The notes: generated by a model not told the origin, from the sequence alone. A DNA stretch of 64,000 nt from the human T2T-CHM13v2.0 reference genome, Homo sapiens (GCF_009914755.1 NC_060930.1), one strand, 5' to 3'. Shown: positions 28,845 through 44,022, counted from the stretch's first letter. A program made the numbers and translations.

Positions 28845-31800
28845 TGTTGGAATTTTTCAACAAATTTTGCAAGCCAAAATAATTAAGTATAAAAAGGAAG
28901 AATATCCAAATGGGTAAGAGCCATTAATTTTTTTTCATAAGTACTTTATTATAAAGTCAATAAAAATATCAAAATACAGGAATGCTATGTTCTCAAAATA
29001 GAGACCTGCTCCCTTTGACCCATAATTTTTGTCCATAATTCTTGATTACTTGCATTTCTCTGTGCCTCAGATCTTCCAACTGTAAAATGGAAATGATAAA
29101 AGCACCTTCACACATTTCTTTTTTTTTTTCACAATTACAAACTCTTTATTGAGGACATCTGTGAATCATGAGTGTGAAGTTATTTATGATAGTTTTCTGT
29201 GATAAAAATATAACCGCACTTTTCCTTCTTATATATTCTGACATCAAAATGCCCTTTAATAGTTTCTTCCTGAAAGATTTTTTAAAATAAACTTAATACT
29301 GACAAGGCAAAATTTGAAATGAAATGTGAAGATCCTTAAAATTAACACCTGCTGCATTTTTATCTACAGAAAAAAGGACAAGGATAACATTTGTCCCTTG
29401 TACAATATGATTGACTAAATCAGAATGATGAAAGTTACGGCGAAAAAGGTTGTGAATTTATTATCCAGCTTAAGATTTTAATGACAAAATGACATAAAAT
29501 ATTACTTTTGATGTGCCTTGACATTTTGCTTTATTAGAAAATATTTTCAAATAGCTAAGTAACAGCACCATTAGCAAAAATATTGAATTTTGCAGAATAT
29601 TACTCTCAGTGTCACCTGGCATGGGATGAGACATACTACTCTGTGTGAATTCCTAAGACTGAATGAGGGCTTTGAATTTGAATAAAGGTTCACAAACTTC
29701 ACAAAAATGTGTCCTTCCTTCTGGCATGAACTTTGAGAAATACTTCTGCCAGTGTTTATACAGTTTTAGGAGGGCTTCGTGGTTTATGATCAGATTAGTC
29801 TATTTTCCCCCTAGTGCATGGCTCCCAATTCCACATGTGGAAATGTTTCTCTGAGAGCAGTAATGAGTGAAGCCTGTGCTTCAAGAGTTCCTGCAGTCAG
29901 GAATAATCAAAATCTAATAAAGGCAGTCAGTTTGAGAGACACTAGATTTCAAATGTGGTCTTATTTTAGCAAGCTAGAAAATAGGGAGAAAGACTTGGGT
30001 TCTTATACTATAAAAATGTTTGAAAATAAACCCTCCCCAACTCACTCACCTGAAAGCCAATAACACAGCTACATGAGTTTCAGGCTGTAACTGCCCTGTT
30101 AAAATGAAAGCTAGATATAGGATGAAAGAGGGGAGTGTGCAAAAAGTGACCACATCACCTTCTATGTTTCTGTTTCATACTTCTGAGCTGTCATTGGCAT
30201 TGAAATGGAGCAAAACTGAGCAATGGAAAGAACCCCAGGGGCTGAGAAGTTGTATCCATGTGGCCAAAAAATGGTCATCATGAGCATGGATGATGACGGG
30301 TTATCTAAGGAGTTTATAGGTGTTGAGCCAGTAAAAGGACATGGGGTATAACTTGGGCAGAACAATGTAATGAAGAACTATGCATCATGGGTATCAAAGG
30401 TTAGAAAACGATGGTGGGAATGCATGTGTCTAAACACAGCCAATCAACCAAAAAGTCTTAGTACGCACTTACTATGTGCCTACTGCTGTGTTATACTCTG
30501 ATCATTGGATGACAATGTTCATTTCAACAGTGTTCTATGCAGACCATGAGGCTAAGGAGGAGTCACCACAAGAGGCAACATTTCCTAAAAAGAAAGGGAG
30601 ACCAGTGGGCAGGATGCCCTTGACTGTAGGAAAGCAAGAATATGAAGCTCTGCCATCCATCTTAGCAGTAGCAATAGCACATCTTCAGATATATACAGAA
30701 AGACAAGTGAGAAGGCGAAGGAGTAAATCGAAGAGTAGACAAAGAGATCAAGAGTAATCTCTCTGTAGAATACCCAGGCATCTTTTGCAACTTGCATCAG
30801 TACTTTAATGGATAATTCCCTTTCTTATTTAGTTTCTGCAGCCCCTTGAGCTCAACTTAATCCTTATATAAAGTGACAGCTGGAAGTAGTATTTCACTTT
30901 AAAACTTTCAGAACATTTCTTGCAGTCAAGTATTTGGTTTTGCGCCCATGTTTGTTTTTGCACCTCCTTGTGCTACACAGCAACCCTGCCTTCTGCAAGC
31001 CAAGGCCAGACAGAGCCTAGGAGGCAAGTTCCAAATGGCTGACAGTGCCAGATTCCAGATATAAGAAGGCATCTCTCCTCTCCTGTGTCTCTTTCTTTTC
31101 CTGATGACAAGGAGAGTGATTTCTCTGCAATGTGACATTTGAAATTATGCCTAGCTTTCACTGGAGATAAGCAAGCTGCCAGCCCTGGAAGAATTGTGAG
31201 GACACAGGATTCAAGAGCACAGAAAGTATTGGGAGGCTTATTGCTCACCCTCTTGTATAGTACTAGTAGAGCCAACCCCTCACAAATCACCTTTTCTTCA
31301 TTTCCAGAACCTCTGGACATTACAGCGAGGCAAAAAAAGAAAAAAGAAAGAAAAGTTAGAAGCAAAAGACAACAGTTCAGGTTAGTTGACAGAATGAGAG
31401 AAGTGATTAGACTTCTCAGTAAAAAGAGTCAGAAAGAAAACCAAGGGCTTTTTAGATATAGGCTAAGTATATTAGATCTTCTCATAAATGTCAAAATTAA
31501 GGTGACACTAATATTTTTAAAAACATTTTGGAAGACTTTGTTAAGATTAAAATGTGAAGTTTAAATGATTAACTTTTCAAATATGTTGGCTTCTCTCCTG
31601 TCGAATTTACAAACTATTTAATAACTCTGCCTCCAACACTTTGTACTAATTTTAAACCTAGTAAGTTACAGTGAGAATTGTTAAAAATAGAATTCTGGGA
31701 AATCAAATGCTTTAATTCGTTAGCTCCTCATTCTTACCATCTCTGAGAAATTTAAGATGTCTTCTCTCTTTTGTTCTAACTACCCTCTGCAAGTATCACT

Positions 31801-31894
31801 TGGGTATCATCACCTTCTTAAATGTCTACAACGGTTCCCCAGATTCTTTAATTAAAAGTAAAAATCATGATCCTGACTTTCTAGACCCATCAGC

Positions 31895-32230
31895 TGTGAA
31901 TTCATTCATCAAACATTTATTGCATACCTAATGCATGTCAGACATTTGCTAGGTGTGGAAAATATAGAGATGAAAGATGGGCTTAGTGTTGAGCAACACA
32001 CAGTTTTGGAGGAGAAACTGATCTATAAGTGGCCTTCTACCAATCAGTGTTATAAGTGCTATGGGACCATGGAGACAAGACCCTTAAAACTCAGTGCTGA
32101 AGAGTTTGGAAGGCTCTCTGAAAGAGGTGATGATTAGGTTGATTTTTAAGTAAAAAGTGGACATTAGCCAGGTGAAGGAAGTTTATGTCCAGGGGACAGA
32201 ATGTACAAAGGTGTGGAGGTGAAGCAATTT
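31895..32230 (-). mobile_element. L2 (continues at about 33820-34980)
   Basis: 'attcattcatcaaacatttattgcatacctaatgcatgtcagaca' is the reverse complement of the L2 3' end. Confidence 0.7.
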
Positions 32231-32239
32231 ACAAATAAA

Positions 32240-33814
32240 ATGCTATTTCTATTAAATTACCAAGATCATTTTTCACATAACTAGAAAAAAACTATTCTAA
32301 ATGCCATGTAGAACCAAAAGAGAGCCCAAATAGCCAAAGGAATCCTAAGCACAAAGAACAAAGTTGGAGACATCACATTACCTGACTTCAAACTATACTA
32401 CAAGACTACAGTAACCAAAACAGCATGGTACTTGTGCAAAAACAAGTACAAAGACACATAGAACAATGGAACAAAATAGAGCCCAGAAGTAATGCTGCAC
32501 ACCTACAACCATCTGATACTTGATAAAGTCAACGAAAACAAGCAATAGGGAAAGGCCTCCCTATTCAATAAATTGTGCTGAGATAAATGGCTAGCCATAT
32601 GCAGAAGATTGAAACTGAACCCTTTCCTTACACTATATACAAAAACCAACTGACGATGGATTAGAGACTTAAGTTAAAACCTAAAACTATAAAAACCCTG
32701 GAAGATAGCCTAGAAAATACCATTCTAGACATAGGACCTGGCAAAGATTTTATGAAGAAGATGCCAAAAACAATTGCAACAAAAACAAAAATCGACAAAT
32801 AGAACCTAATTAAACTAAACAGCTTCTGCACAGCCAAAGAAACTATCAACAGAGTAAACAGACGACCTACAGAATGGGAGAAAATATTTGCAACTATGCA
32901 TCTGACAAAGGTCTAAAATTTAGACTCTATAAGGAACTTAAATTATCAAGCAAAAAACAACCCCATTAAAAAGTGAGCAAAGGATACTTTTCAAAAGAAG
33001 ACATACATGTGGCTAAAGACCATATGAAAAAAAAAAAGTTCCACATCGTTAATCATTAGGGAAATGCAAATCAAAATCTCAATGAGATACCATCTCACAC
33101 CAGTCAGAATGGCTATTTCTAAAAAGTCAAAAAATAACAGATGCTGGTGTGGTTGTGGAGAAAAGGGAACACTTACGTGCTGCTAGTGAGAATGTAAATT
33201 AGTGCAGTCATTGTGGAAAGCAGTCTGGCTATTTCTCAAAGAACTTAAAACAAAATTACCATTCAACTCAACAATCCTATTGCTGAATATATACCCAAGA
33301 AAATATAAACTGTTCTACCATAAAGACATATGCTATATGTTCATCACAGCATTATCCACAATAGGAAAGATGTGTAATCAACCTAAATGCAAAGACATGG
33401 AATCAGTTATCAACGGTAAACTGAATAAAGAAAATGTGGTACTCATATACCATGGAATACCACACAGCCATAAAAAAGAACAAGATCGTGTTTTTTGCAA
33501 CAACATGGGTGGAGCTGGAGGCCATTATCTTAAGTGAGCTAACACAGGAACAGAAAACCAAATACTGTATGTTCTCACTTATAAGTGGGAGCCAAACATT
33601 GAGTACATATGGGCATAAAGAAGGAAACGACAGACACCAGGGCCTGCATGAGTGTGGAGGGAGGGAGAATCAAAAACTACCTATTTGGTACTGTGCTTAT
33701 CGCCTGTGTGATGAAATGATTTGAACATCAAACCCCTGTGACACACAATTTACCTATATGACAAACCTGCACATGCGTACCTGAACTAAAATAAGAGTTA
33801 AGAAAAAAAAAAAA
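32240..33814 (+). mobile_element. 5'-truncated L1PA15/16-like LINE
   Basis: ORF2 C-terminal remnants (ELEAIILSELTQEQKTKYCMFSLISGS), older-type 3' UTR ('acaatttacctatatgacaaacctgcacatg') and A tail. Confidence 0.9.
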
Positions 33815-34134
33815 CCCTGAAACAAGAGCAGCTTGGCTGGGGTGTAAGGCATGCATGGCAATAATGAGACCAGACTGGTATGTATGGGACAGCTTATTAA
33901 AAGCCCTACAAAGAGTTTGGATTTTAACTCAAATGTAATACATTTACATGAAAGGTTTTAAGAGGACAGAAACATGACAATTTCTGTATTATAGAAAGAT
34001 TTTTCCAAAAGTCCCATGCAGAATGGATTGATATAGGAAGACCAATACAGAGGGTATTATAGGAAGCTGGAAAATCAACAATGAGTACTTGAATTCTATA
34101 GGGATAGAAGTGTGGAAAGAAAGATACGGGCAGG

Positions 34135-34397
34135 GTGGGGCGCAATGGCTCACGCCTGTAATCCCAACACCTTGAGAGGCCAAGGTGGGCAGATCATGAG
34201 GTCAGTAGATCGAGACCATCCTGGCTAAGATGGTGAAACCTCGTCTCTAATAAAAATACAAAAAATTAGCTGGACATGATGGTGCATGACTGCAGTCCCA
34301 GCTACTCAGGAGGCTGAAGCAGGAGAATCGCTTGAACACAGGAGGCAGCCTGGCCGACAGAGCAAGGCTCTATCCCAAAAAAAAAAAAAAAAAAAAA
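34135..34397 (+). mobile_element. Alu (Sc8/Y-like) with right-arm internal deletion
   Basis: Alu dimer lacking about 40 bp after 'ggaggcag'. TSD gaaagaaagatacgggca / gaaagaaagatatggaca. Confidence 0.9.
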
Positions 34398-35002
34398 GGA
34401 AGAAAGAAAGATATGGACATATGGGCAGATAGGATTTATAAACAGCATTGTAGTTTCTGATCACACACTGCTTTGGGGAGCTATCACTGAGGGAAAGGAG
34501 AAATCAAATAAGATTCCCAGTTAATGATTTTATTACTTTAAAGAATAATCAGGCCTGAGAACAGAGATAATCTTAATTGTGGACATGTTGCTTTTGAATG
34601 ACCTTTGGCTTTATGATTCTATGTTATACATACAGCCTGTACTGGATTAGGAAGTACACACTTATTCATCAGCATGTTAGTCACACACATATTAGTTAAA
34701 AAACAGGGAGAGTAAATGAGGTTATTTGGATTTTATATGTAAAACACAAGATCAACAATCTAGAACGTGAAACCAAACAGTGATGTCATGGAAGCCAAGG
34801 GAAAAAGGAGTCTTAAGAACAAAGTGGTCAACAGTGTTAAATGCAGCAAAGGCACTCTGGAAGATAAAGCCAGAAACCATCATTGTGTATGGCAACTGCG
34901 ACCTTTCCACAATAGTTTAATTAGCGTGGTAGGGACAGAAATTGGAGTGTAGGGAGTTGAGGAGTGAATGAAAGGTATGTAGAAAAATGTGACAACAACA
35001 TT

Positions 35003-35430
35003 TGTATCATCCAGGATAGACTAAGTTAGGCTGAAGGAACAACTCTCAGATTGTAGTGGCTGACCACAACAAAGGCCTGTTTTTCATTGTGCTACATGTC
35101 CAATTCAGGTCATCAGAACTCTGCTTATGGTAGTCACACAGAGGCCCAGGCCAGTGAAGGCTCCATCTCAGCACACGCATCTGCAATTGCTGTAACAAGA
35201 AGAGAGAACTGCTGTACTTCGCCTTGGCAAAAAAAAAAAAAAAAAAAAAAAAACCTTCTAGGCTTTCACCTGGAAGCACGACCTGCCATTTCACTCTTAT
35301 TTCACTGGTCAAGACAAGTCACATGGCCACACAAGACAGAGAAGTACAATGCTACTGTGCATCCAGAAGGAAGAGAACTGGGATATTTGTACACAGTCCT
35401 CAGGAGTAGGTTAGAGCACTAGCTACAACA
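35003..35430 (-). mobile_element. MLT1 (K/L-like) MaLR solo LTR with an internal A run
   Basis: 'caggatagactaagttaggctg...agtggctgaccacaacaaagg...atttcactggtcaagacaagtcacatggccacac'. Confidence 0.7.
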
Positions 35431-38400
35431 GGGATATAAGTTGGAGGAGAGATTTTTTGTTTGTCTGGTTTTTAAGATATGATAGACAATGACACTAGTA
35501 GAATACATTTCTCATCATGTTCCACAGCTTGCCCTTTGTGCTGCTGTTGTGCAATCCACCAGGTAAACATGTTTAATCCTCTATTTTGGAATATCCTTCC
35601 TCCTGTCCTGTATTGGGTACATCTTGCTCTACTTTCAAACTCTGTTTATGAATCACTTCACGCATGAAGCTGTCCCTTGACGAAGCTACTTGGCTACTTG
35701 TGTCCAATTATATTTAGATAAGTATATTTTCTCATGTTTCCGTTGTTCACTTGTATCTTTTTCATACATTTTGAAGTCCTTTTCCCTAACCTCCTAAAAG
35801 GCAAGAATGTCCCCATTTGTTTATTTTCTTTCCATGTGGTAACTGGCCATAGGTGTGTGTTCAATCCATGAGGTTGGCTAAACAATTGGTTTCTCCAAGA
35901 CCAGAGAAGATCCTTCAGCATAGTTTATGGGGTGTTACTACCCCTGAGCACACAGAGTCATTTATACAATGGTTTGTGAAGAAAACTGCAGATTCTGGGT
36001 TTTTTTCCATGGCTGAAGAGGCAGGAAATTGAGCAGCAGTGGCAGCCTAACTCTTATGGAAACTCCACCCCATGAACTGGCACCATGGTAACTTTGCCTA
36101 GTCTGCTTTTTGGGACTAGCCCAAACCTGTCAAGTTCTCACTTTGAAAATTTGCAGATGCATCCACCGCATATTTATGCACTTGCTTTCATATGCAAAGA
36201 AGTGGCTACCGAGAAGAGACACCTCATCAAGAAAGCTTACAGCTGAGTTCTTTTGATGATGACAGATTTATTCAGATTCACCTTCATTTCTCCTTCTGGC
36301 CCTCCAGTACCATGGCTATGCATGTGCAGAGTACCTCTGGGTTCAGAGTTCAGCCTGGTCTGCAGGACATGTGTACTAACTGGCACCTAAGCATCAAAGC
36401 CATAACCCAGGCCTCATTAGCACCATCTGATCTTCTGAGCTAAACAACCACAGATATGCAAATTCAGGAAGACTTTGGAAATGAAACAGGTGCATATGCA
36501 TTTTGGTAAGGATTTCCATTTCACTCAGAGCTAAAAATTTAGACTCAGCCATTAAATTTCGGGGCCTGGAGGAGTCACAAAAACCACCCACACACAAAAT
36601 AAATAGGTCAATACATAACCCAGACAGACTAGAAGAGGCTTTTTGAAGAAAAGGGAAAATTTGTCAAGAAATGTGCTTAATGAGAGGATAAATTATGCAG
36701 CAAAGACAGTGTATGATTAGGGAAAAGCTCAGCCACAGCTATTTGGATGTGGCCTGAGGACAAGTATCTATTGTGATCCATTGAAGCTACTAAATAATCT
36801 TTTTACACAGGTGAGAAAATGCAATTTTTGGTGCTGCTAATTTTAATTCTTGATACAGGATAGCAGCAATACCGAAGAAGCCTTACAGCCAAATTGCAAT
36901 CATAAATAACTTTCCTCTCAAGTAAGTTGGCTCCAATTGGCACTTATCAACTTACAGGTCAGCATGAATGTTTTTATAATAAACCATAAAAGGGGAAAAT
37001 ATAGTCTGCACTGGCAATCAGAAATTCCGCTTTCTCGTAGCAATGCGACTGAGTCTGACTTTAATATCAGCTCCTTGACAGGTTAGGTGGGGGCAGTTTC
37101 TTACCTTTGAAATGGTGTGTAAAATGTTTTAACAATGGACAACACATACTTCAGGGGTAGGTTGGCTGGACCACTGAGTGACTTCTAACACAATCACTGG
37201 TGCCTTCTTCCCATCCCCACCTCTACTCACTAAGCACGTATTTTTTTAATCCACTTTTCCCTGCTTCTATTATTCTCATTCTCTCCATTTTTCTTTCTCA
37301 TTCTGTATGTTTTAGTCCTGCTATTGGCACTTAGAGCTCCAATACCCACTGCTAAGCTTTGTGGAAGGACTGAGAATGCAACTGTCTTACAGCTACAATG
37401 AAGATGCTGCTGAAATGAAAGCTTCATGAGGGCAGAATCACGGCTTCCTTGCACATAGTAAGCATTCAGTAAATACAGACATGCAGAGTTTAACATATTT
37501 TCAGTAGCTGAAACACATCTCTCCTTAGCTGTCATATGAAAATATTTATTAACATTGTCAAGGTACCATATCCCACATCCCACTTATATTCCTCAAACAT
37601 CCTAACACAAGGAACAGAAATTTGCTCTGGACTATCAAGCTTTTAAATACTTCCAGCCAGTCTCTCAATCAGTGGCTCTATTTCAGTAAAATCAAGAGAA
37701 TGGAAATGGAAATAGAACCAGGAAATAGTTTTGTATATCCCAAACTCATTTAGAGCCAGACTCCACAGCATTTTGAAATTCATGTTGTCACTGTTGTATT
37801 TCTAACATTTTCCACAGCAGCTAAAAATCTCATGCCATAAAAAAAGCAGACAGGGGATGACTACAATACAAAATCTGTAGGAAACTCTCAAGAATGTAAG
37901 CCTTTTATCAGAGAGGTACTGGTTTACAGCTCAGCAGACTTGTCGAAAGAGGGTTGTAACAGGAGAAAGCGGGAGATGTTCAGCACTTCTGGCCTATAAA
38001 AAGAGATGTTTTTCAATTTTGCTCTTCCACTGCCTGATGTCCTGATATCTTACTCCAAATTCCATTGACTGGCCACCAGCACAGACCAGTTAACAACTAT
38101 TTACTAAACACTACCGTGGCTAATAAAGCCCTCCAAACCATTATTCAATCGGTTTGTTCCATGACATAGTTTGACTTTACAGAATAAAATATTAAAATCA
38201 TCTGCTATAAACTCAGACTGTTATTTTAAATTTGAGATGATTTTTGCCAAAGCCAACAAGAATTTTGAGTAAATTATCCTCAAGGCAAGAAGCATGACAC
38301 ATTCCAAATTATCGTGAGGACAACCATCACTCTACAACCTTGCCTTTCTTTGAAAACAGAAGCACAAACTACTTTTATCCAGTAGGGTCTTTGCAAATAT

Positions 38401-40235
38401 GCACTACTTCAACGATTTCAATCTAAGTAGAAGGAAGTAGAAAGTAAGAAGTACTTAGGAAGTAGAAAGAACTGTAATATAGTCTCATCCGATGTAACAG
38501 TCTCACTCCATTTACAAATAGGATGACAAAATATTTAAGCTTAATATTTCAACTTGATTTTGTGCCAATACTTTTCTGACTACTACATTTTAACACAAGT
38601 AGTCAAAGGTGCTTTTCCTACTTCCCATGTTAACCCAAGAATGCCTCTCCCTTAGGAAGAGAAGTTAATATTTTCCAAGGAAAGAGAGCCCAATAAATGA
38701 TGTCATGATTACTTCACCCAATGCCAACATGTCCTGTTTATCTTCAACATTAGATAAACCTCTAAAATCTAGATGTGCAATGCTCATCTCATACCTTAGC
38801 GTATTTAGGAATCCCTAAATCCCAAGAACCAAAATTACAAAGCAAAAAGTAATCATTAGTACAATGATTAAGAAAAATAAATTTTATCTCCTTTCAGTCA
38901 CCATAATTTGAAAAAAAAAAACATTGAAAAGTAATGAAAAACTCAAATCCACACATAAAACATCACCTGAATCATTATAATTTTCATAAATAAACATAAA
39001 ATATGTCCTAAACAATATAACTAAAAAATATATTTTTAGAAAACAGATAAATTGATGATTCCTTTTTGGCATTCACTCTGACAAATAATACGGAATAGCC
39101 ACTTTCTATTTTTTAAAAAGTGGAGCTCTCTGGTTTTGGCAACTTGGAAACTCCCACCTTTTTCTCTCATGTCTTTGTTTATTCTTTTTGAAGATTAAAC
39201 ATTTAACATTTTCATTATTCAAAACACTTCTTTGTTATCACTTAATAAATAAAGTTAAATTGGCTTGAGAATTTTCAGAAAAAAATTAAATTGTATCTAA
39301 GTGGTATTATTTTTAATGAAAGGGAGAAAAATTTAAAACAACCTAAACCCTATTTGCTTGTTAAAAATAACCCCTTTGAATTTTTTAAATTCTAAAAAAA
39401 TCATGACACCAAATTACTAATCAAAGTTTATCAACTGCCCAAATGTGGTACATGGAAACATGCTGGTCTGCCCTAGACAATCTTGTGGTTTCAAAATAAT
39501 AAACAGCAGGAAATGAAAGAGATTGGAATTGCCTTTGACCACATTGAACACCAAGGAACTTTCATTCAAGTTAAGAGAAGGCACACGTGAGGTTGGTGAA
39601 AACATAGGAAGGAAATTAACAATAGTAGGTTTAATATGAGCTAGGAACAAACTGAAGTATCTCATTTAATCCCCGCAACAAACTTTAAAATGTGTATTAT
39701 CCCCATGAAAGCAAAGAGGCAAGCAAATCATAAAGAAATAAAATAATTTGCTCAAGATCTACTAGCAAGGGATCAGTGGGGCCTGCAGGTATGTGCACTG
39801 TGAACTGTACTATGCAGCTTCACCATTGTAGTTCTACTTTTGTGTTTCAAGATCACACTGTATATTTTAGTCCACTCTGCAGACACTGTTGGCCCTGTTA
39901 GCAGTAGTGGCATGCTGCAGAAGAGCTGAGTGAGTTTATATCCAGATCCTGAGGCTCAGATTTGCATATGTGAGCAGTAAAGCCAGTGAGAGGCAAAATC
40001 GTGGAGTTGGCAGACACGATCTTTATTGCCTCCACCCTACTTTCCCCTGAGGCACCCTGATGTCTTGCAGATGCCTGGCACCTTCAGCTGGCCCAAGCCC
40101 TGAAATACAGCAGCACTTCTAGCTCATCTCCTCCTGCAGCACCGCAGATTGCCTTGAATTATAATTACCTGTGTGGCCTCCTCACCATGATTCTCTATTA
40201 GATTGTACAATCCTTAAGGACACAGAGTTTCCCAT

Positions 40236-40581
<346 letters not shown>

Positions 40582-41024
40582 TAGCTGTAGAATAAATTCA
40601 TGAATGTGTGACTGGAACTCCCTCCCATCCCTAATTAAAATATTCATATCCTTTATTTTCACTCTCCAGTTCTCTGATCTTTGCTCCTTAAGGTGGTGAA
40701 CAACTAATACATGCTGTTAACATAACAACAAGTCATTGACTGCTTGACTCTCTCAGGTCTTATGTATCAGTATCACTGTATGTATTCGTTTTTGTTTTGA
40801 AGACTAAATACTCAATATTTACAATATATCCACTGGCTACTTGTATCTTGGGAATTTGGACACAGGCCATTAGAGAGGGGAGTATCTCAACAAGACTGGA
40901 TGTGGAGCGATAAAAGTGCCTAGGGGACAGAGCCAGTATGACAATGCCTAGAGTGGTCTGGCTAACAATAGCAAACAACAGCAGGCAGAAAGCAGAGTCC
41001 ATGCCAATACCTCACACTTGACAG

Positions 41025-41170
41025 ATGGCATCTCATTTCATCCTCACAACAACCTTTGAAGCAGGTTCCAATTTTATTGAAGGAAAAAAAGTTAGGCCCA
41101 GAAACATGTATTATGCCAAGACCAGACAGGGAGTAAGGGTAGAGAAAGGATTCAGTTTGGGCCTGCCAAT
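41025..41170 (-). mobile_element. MIR
   Basis: 'atctcatttcatcctcacaacaacc...ccaattttattgaagg...ggcccagaaa'. Confidence 0.6.
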
Positions 41171-42039
41171 AACTCTTTTACTATCCCTGAGTCCCTCAGT
41201 TCCTCAAAGTTATTGTCCAAGCAGCAGCTAGAGGACTGAAGACTTAATCTATTACAAGGAGGGTTTATCATGAAAACTAGGACTGTTAACCCTCTTAATG
41301 TGACTGGAGAAAGAAATCTTGGGATAGAAAAGAAATTACTCATTTGGGGCACAGTTTCCTAGCCTTGGCTAGGAAAGGCTGATAGCCCCACCTGATATCC
41401 CACCAAAAGTGCCACTTCTCTTGCCACAGATGCCCTTGCCCATGGTGACCATAAGGCTGTTTCTGAACTTGCATCAGCCATGTAAATAAAGGCCTGGATG
41501 GCTTCTGTGGCAAAACCTGGGTAAAGATCTCATTTGATAGGAAATGAATTTCATATCCCCACAAGATATTTTGATGTTTTCTAAGAGGCATAACATAAAC
41601 ATTCAAAACAATCTTGTAGTTGATTACATGGATACAGTGGAAAGAGCACAAGACCAAAAGACAGGAGATGGTTGTGAGAATTACATGAGATAATGTATAT
41701 AAAGCACATAGTAGAGGTTTAAATGAATTATGGCTATTATTATTATGTTGGAGACCCCATATATTAAAAGAGATTGTTATTTAAAAAGAAATTTATGAAT
41801 ACCGACAACCAGTCTTAAGCTAAAATGGCCTCAGTTGGTTCCTGGTAATCAAAATGAAGTTGATTCTGAGAGGAATTCCACAAACTCTCTCTTGATTATC
41901 CTGTGAGCATGATTTGTGGAGTCAGGGTGGCTCATGGCTGTGTAAGCACCACACTGAAAGTTGTTATGTATCAGTCTAATAGTCAGTTACTAGTGCTTTG
42001 CCATGACCCTGCTCAATTTTTAGAAATGTATTCTTTCGT

Positions 42040-43690
42040 TTATGACTACAAAGAATATATATTCTTTCTTGAGAATTTGAAAAATCTTAAAAATTATAAG
42101 AAAAAATGAAAATCACCCCAAATTCCAACGATAACAATGGGTTTATATCCTTCCAGCCTGTCTCATTTTTTTTTTCAATTTCAAAGTGCATGTGTATATA
42201 TGTATATACAAATGCAGGCACTACCACAAATTGGTTTTGTATTATACACAAACATTTTTAACATGTCATTCACACCAAATATTTTATGGCTGCTCAATGT
42301 TCCTCTGAAACATGGTTGCATCGTATGAATTTATTATAATTTAACCAAATTTTACTTTTGTCATTTTTTATCATTTTAAATATCAGTGATTAGCATCATT
42401 GTACACGTTTGTGTATATTTCTAAAATAATTTTGTTTTTTATGATAAATTTGTGAATTTTCTGGAGAAAACAGAATGTGCATATAATCATGGCTTTTGAT
42501 ACATTATCCTTCTATGTATCCATTTTGCTTAGGAAACTGTTCATTTAACTCAAATCCACAAACTCCAGATATTATCAAAAAGAAGGCTACCACTGTGATA
42601 AGTTCAAAATGCTAACGATTCATTACTTTGATTTATGCTTCCTTTCTGACCTGTGAGTTTGAGTATTTTAAAATATTTATCGAACATTTGTTTTTCCTTG
42701 TTAAAGGGTTGTCTGTTCGTAAACTTTCCCCATAATTCAATTGGCCTTTATCTATAATTTCAAATTATTTGAAAGAGCTCCTAACAGATTAAGAGTGTGA
42801 CTCTTTCGCCAGTACATATATTGTAAATATTTTCCCCAGTTGATCACTTTTTATTTTTTTAAATGCTTTGATTTTTGACATTATAAAGACATTTTTCATT
42901 TAGCCAAACTTATCCACCTTTTCAAAAGAAAAGAAACAGCAAGACCTGTATAAAACAGGTAACCTAAAATGGTGGCAGAAATAAAACAAATGTACTTTAA
43001 TTATGACAGAAAATGTAAATTGTTTAAACATTTGTATTAGAAATAATAACTTCAAGTTGACTAAAAAAATTAAATCCAACTTTATGGAAGACAGCCATCA
43101 AAATACAATCTATTTAAGGTGAGAGGATAGTTAAAAAAATAAAGCATCAGTTAAGGGCAAATAACATTTGGAATACTGGAGTAAGAAATATCAGAATTCA
43201 AGACAAAAATAACAATAGAAGCAGTAAGAAGACCAAGAAACACACCGTGTATCAATTAATGAGAAAACAATCTACAGGAAATATATAATGGTTACAAAAC
43301 CATGAGTTGAACAGTCAAGATCAAAATACATAAATCAAAAACTTAGAAATTCAAGGAGAACTCAGCAGAAACATAATGTTATTGGAATAACAGAATTTAC
43401 CACTCAGTCTTTGATAATTCAAATAAGAAAACAAGAAACTAAAGATACAGATCTGAATAAGCTCATTAATAAGTGTAAATAGATAAATACAGCAAACTCT
43501 GTAGCAAAAAAAGTACATCTTTTTTTTTAAGCACTCATGTACAACTTACAAAAATATTATCCTACACACAAAGAAAACAAAACATCTAAAAAATAAGTTA
43601 CACTGTATACAATGTGATCACAAAGCAATAACACTAGAAATTGTTAACAAAGTATAAACAAATAGAAGAAAATGGGTTGGAGTTTTTAAG
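42040..43690. mobile_element. Old L1M/L1ME fragments (minus, then plus)
   Basis: T-rich L1ME-like segment to about 42900, then an A-rich segment resembling the ORF2 EN region. Highly diverged. Confidence 0.5.
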
Positions 43691-43692
43691 TA

Positions 43693-44022
43693 CAGTTATT
43701 CCTCAAAATTCACAGGATTTTGGTTTCAAGACCTCTCTCCCAATACCAAAACCTCTAATGCTCAAGTCTCTGATATAAAAAGGTATCATATTTGCATATA
43801 ACCTATGCACATTCTTCTGTTTAAGTCATGTCTAGATTATGAAAAAAAAAACCTAATACAGTGTAAATGCCATGTAAATAGTTACACTATATTGTTTAGG
43901 GAATGATGACAAGGAAAAAAGTCTGTACATTTTCAGTACAGACACAATATTTTTTAAATATTTTAGATCTATGGTTGATTGACTCCATGGATGCAGAACC
44001 CACAGATATAGAAGGCTGACTG
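43693..44022. mobile_element. MER2 (Tigger-type DNA transposon)
   Basis: cag...ctg termini flanked by TA on both sides, with 'atatttgcatataacctatgcaca' and 'ggatgcagaacccacagatatagaaggctgactg'. Confidence 0.88.

Noticed and set aside
30476-30757. 93-aa ORF with AT-hook-like KKKGRP and an RS-like tail
   Set aside because: Non-ATG start inside an L2-like end, purine-rich composition explains the residues, and I recognise no homologue.
31139-31564. 141-aa ORF
   Set aside because: TTG start, runs through an A-rich tract, and has no recognisable homology.
35229-35253. Isolated long A run as a possible retro-insertion
   Set aside because: No flanking TSD or attached body is visible; more likely a homopolymer expansion inside the MLT1 LTR.
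36811-36927. Plus-strand donor, acceptor and donor signals suggesting a 62-bp exon
   Set aside because: The upstream intron would be only about 49 nt, the length is not a multiple of 3, and there is no supporting context.
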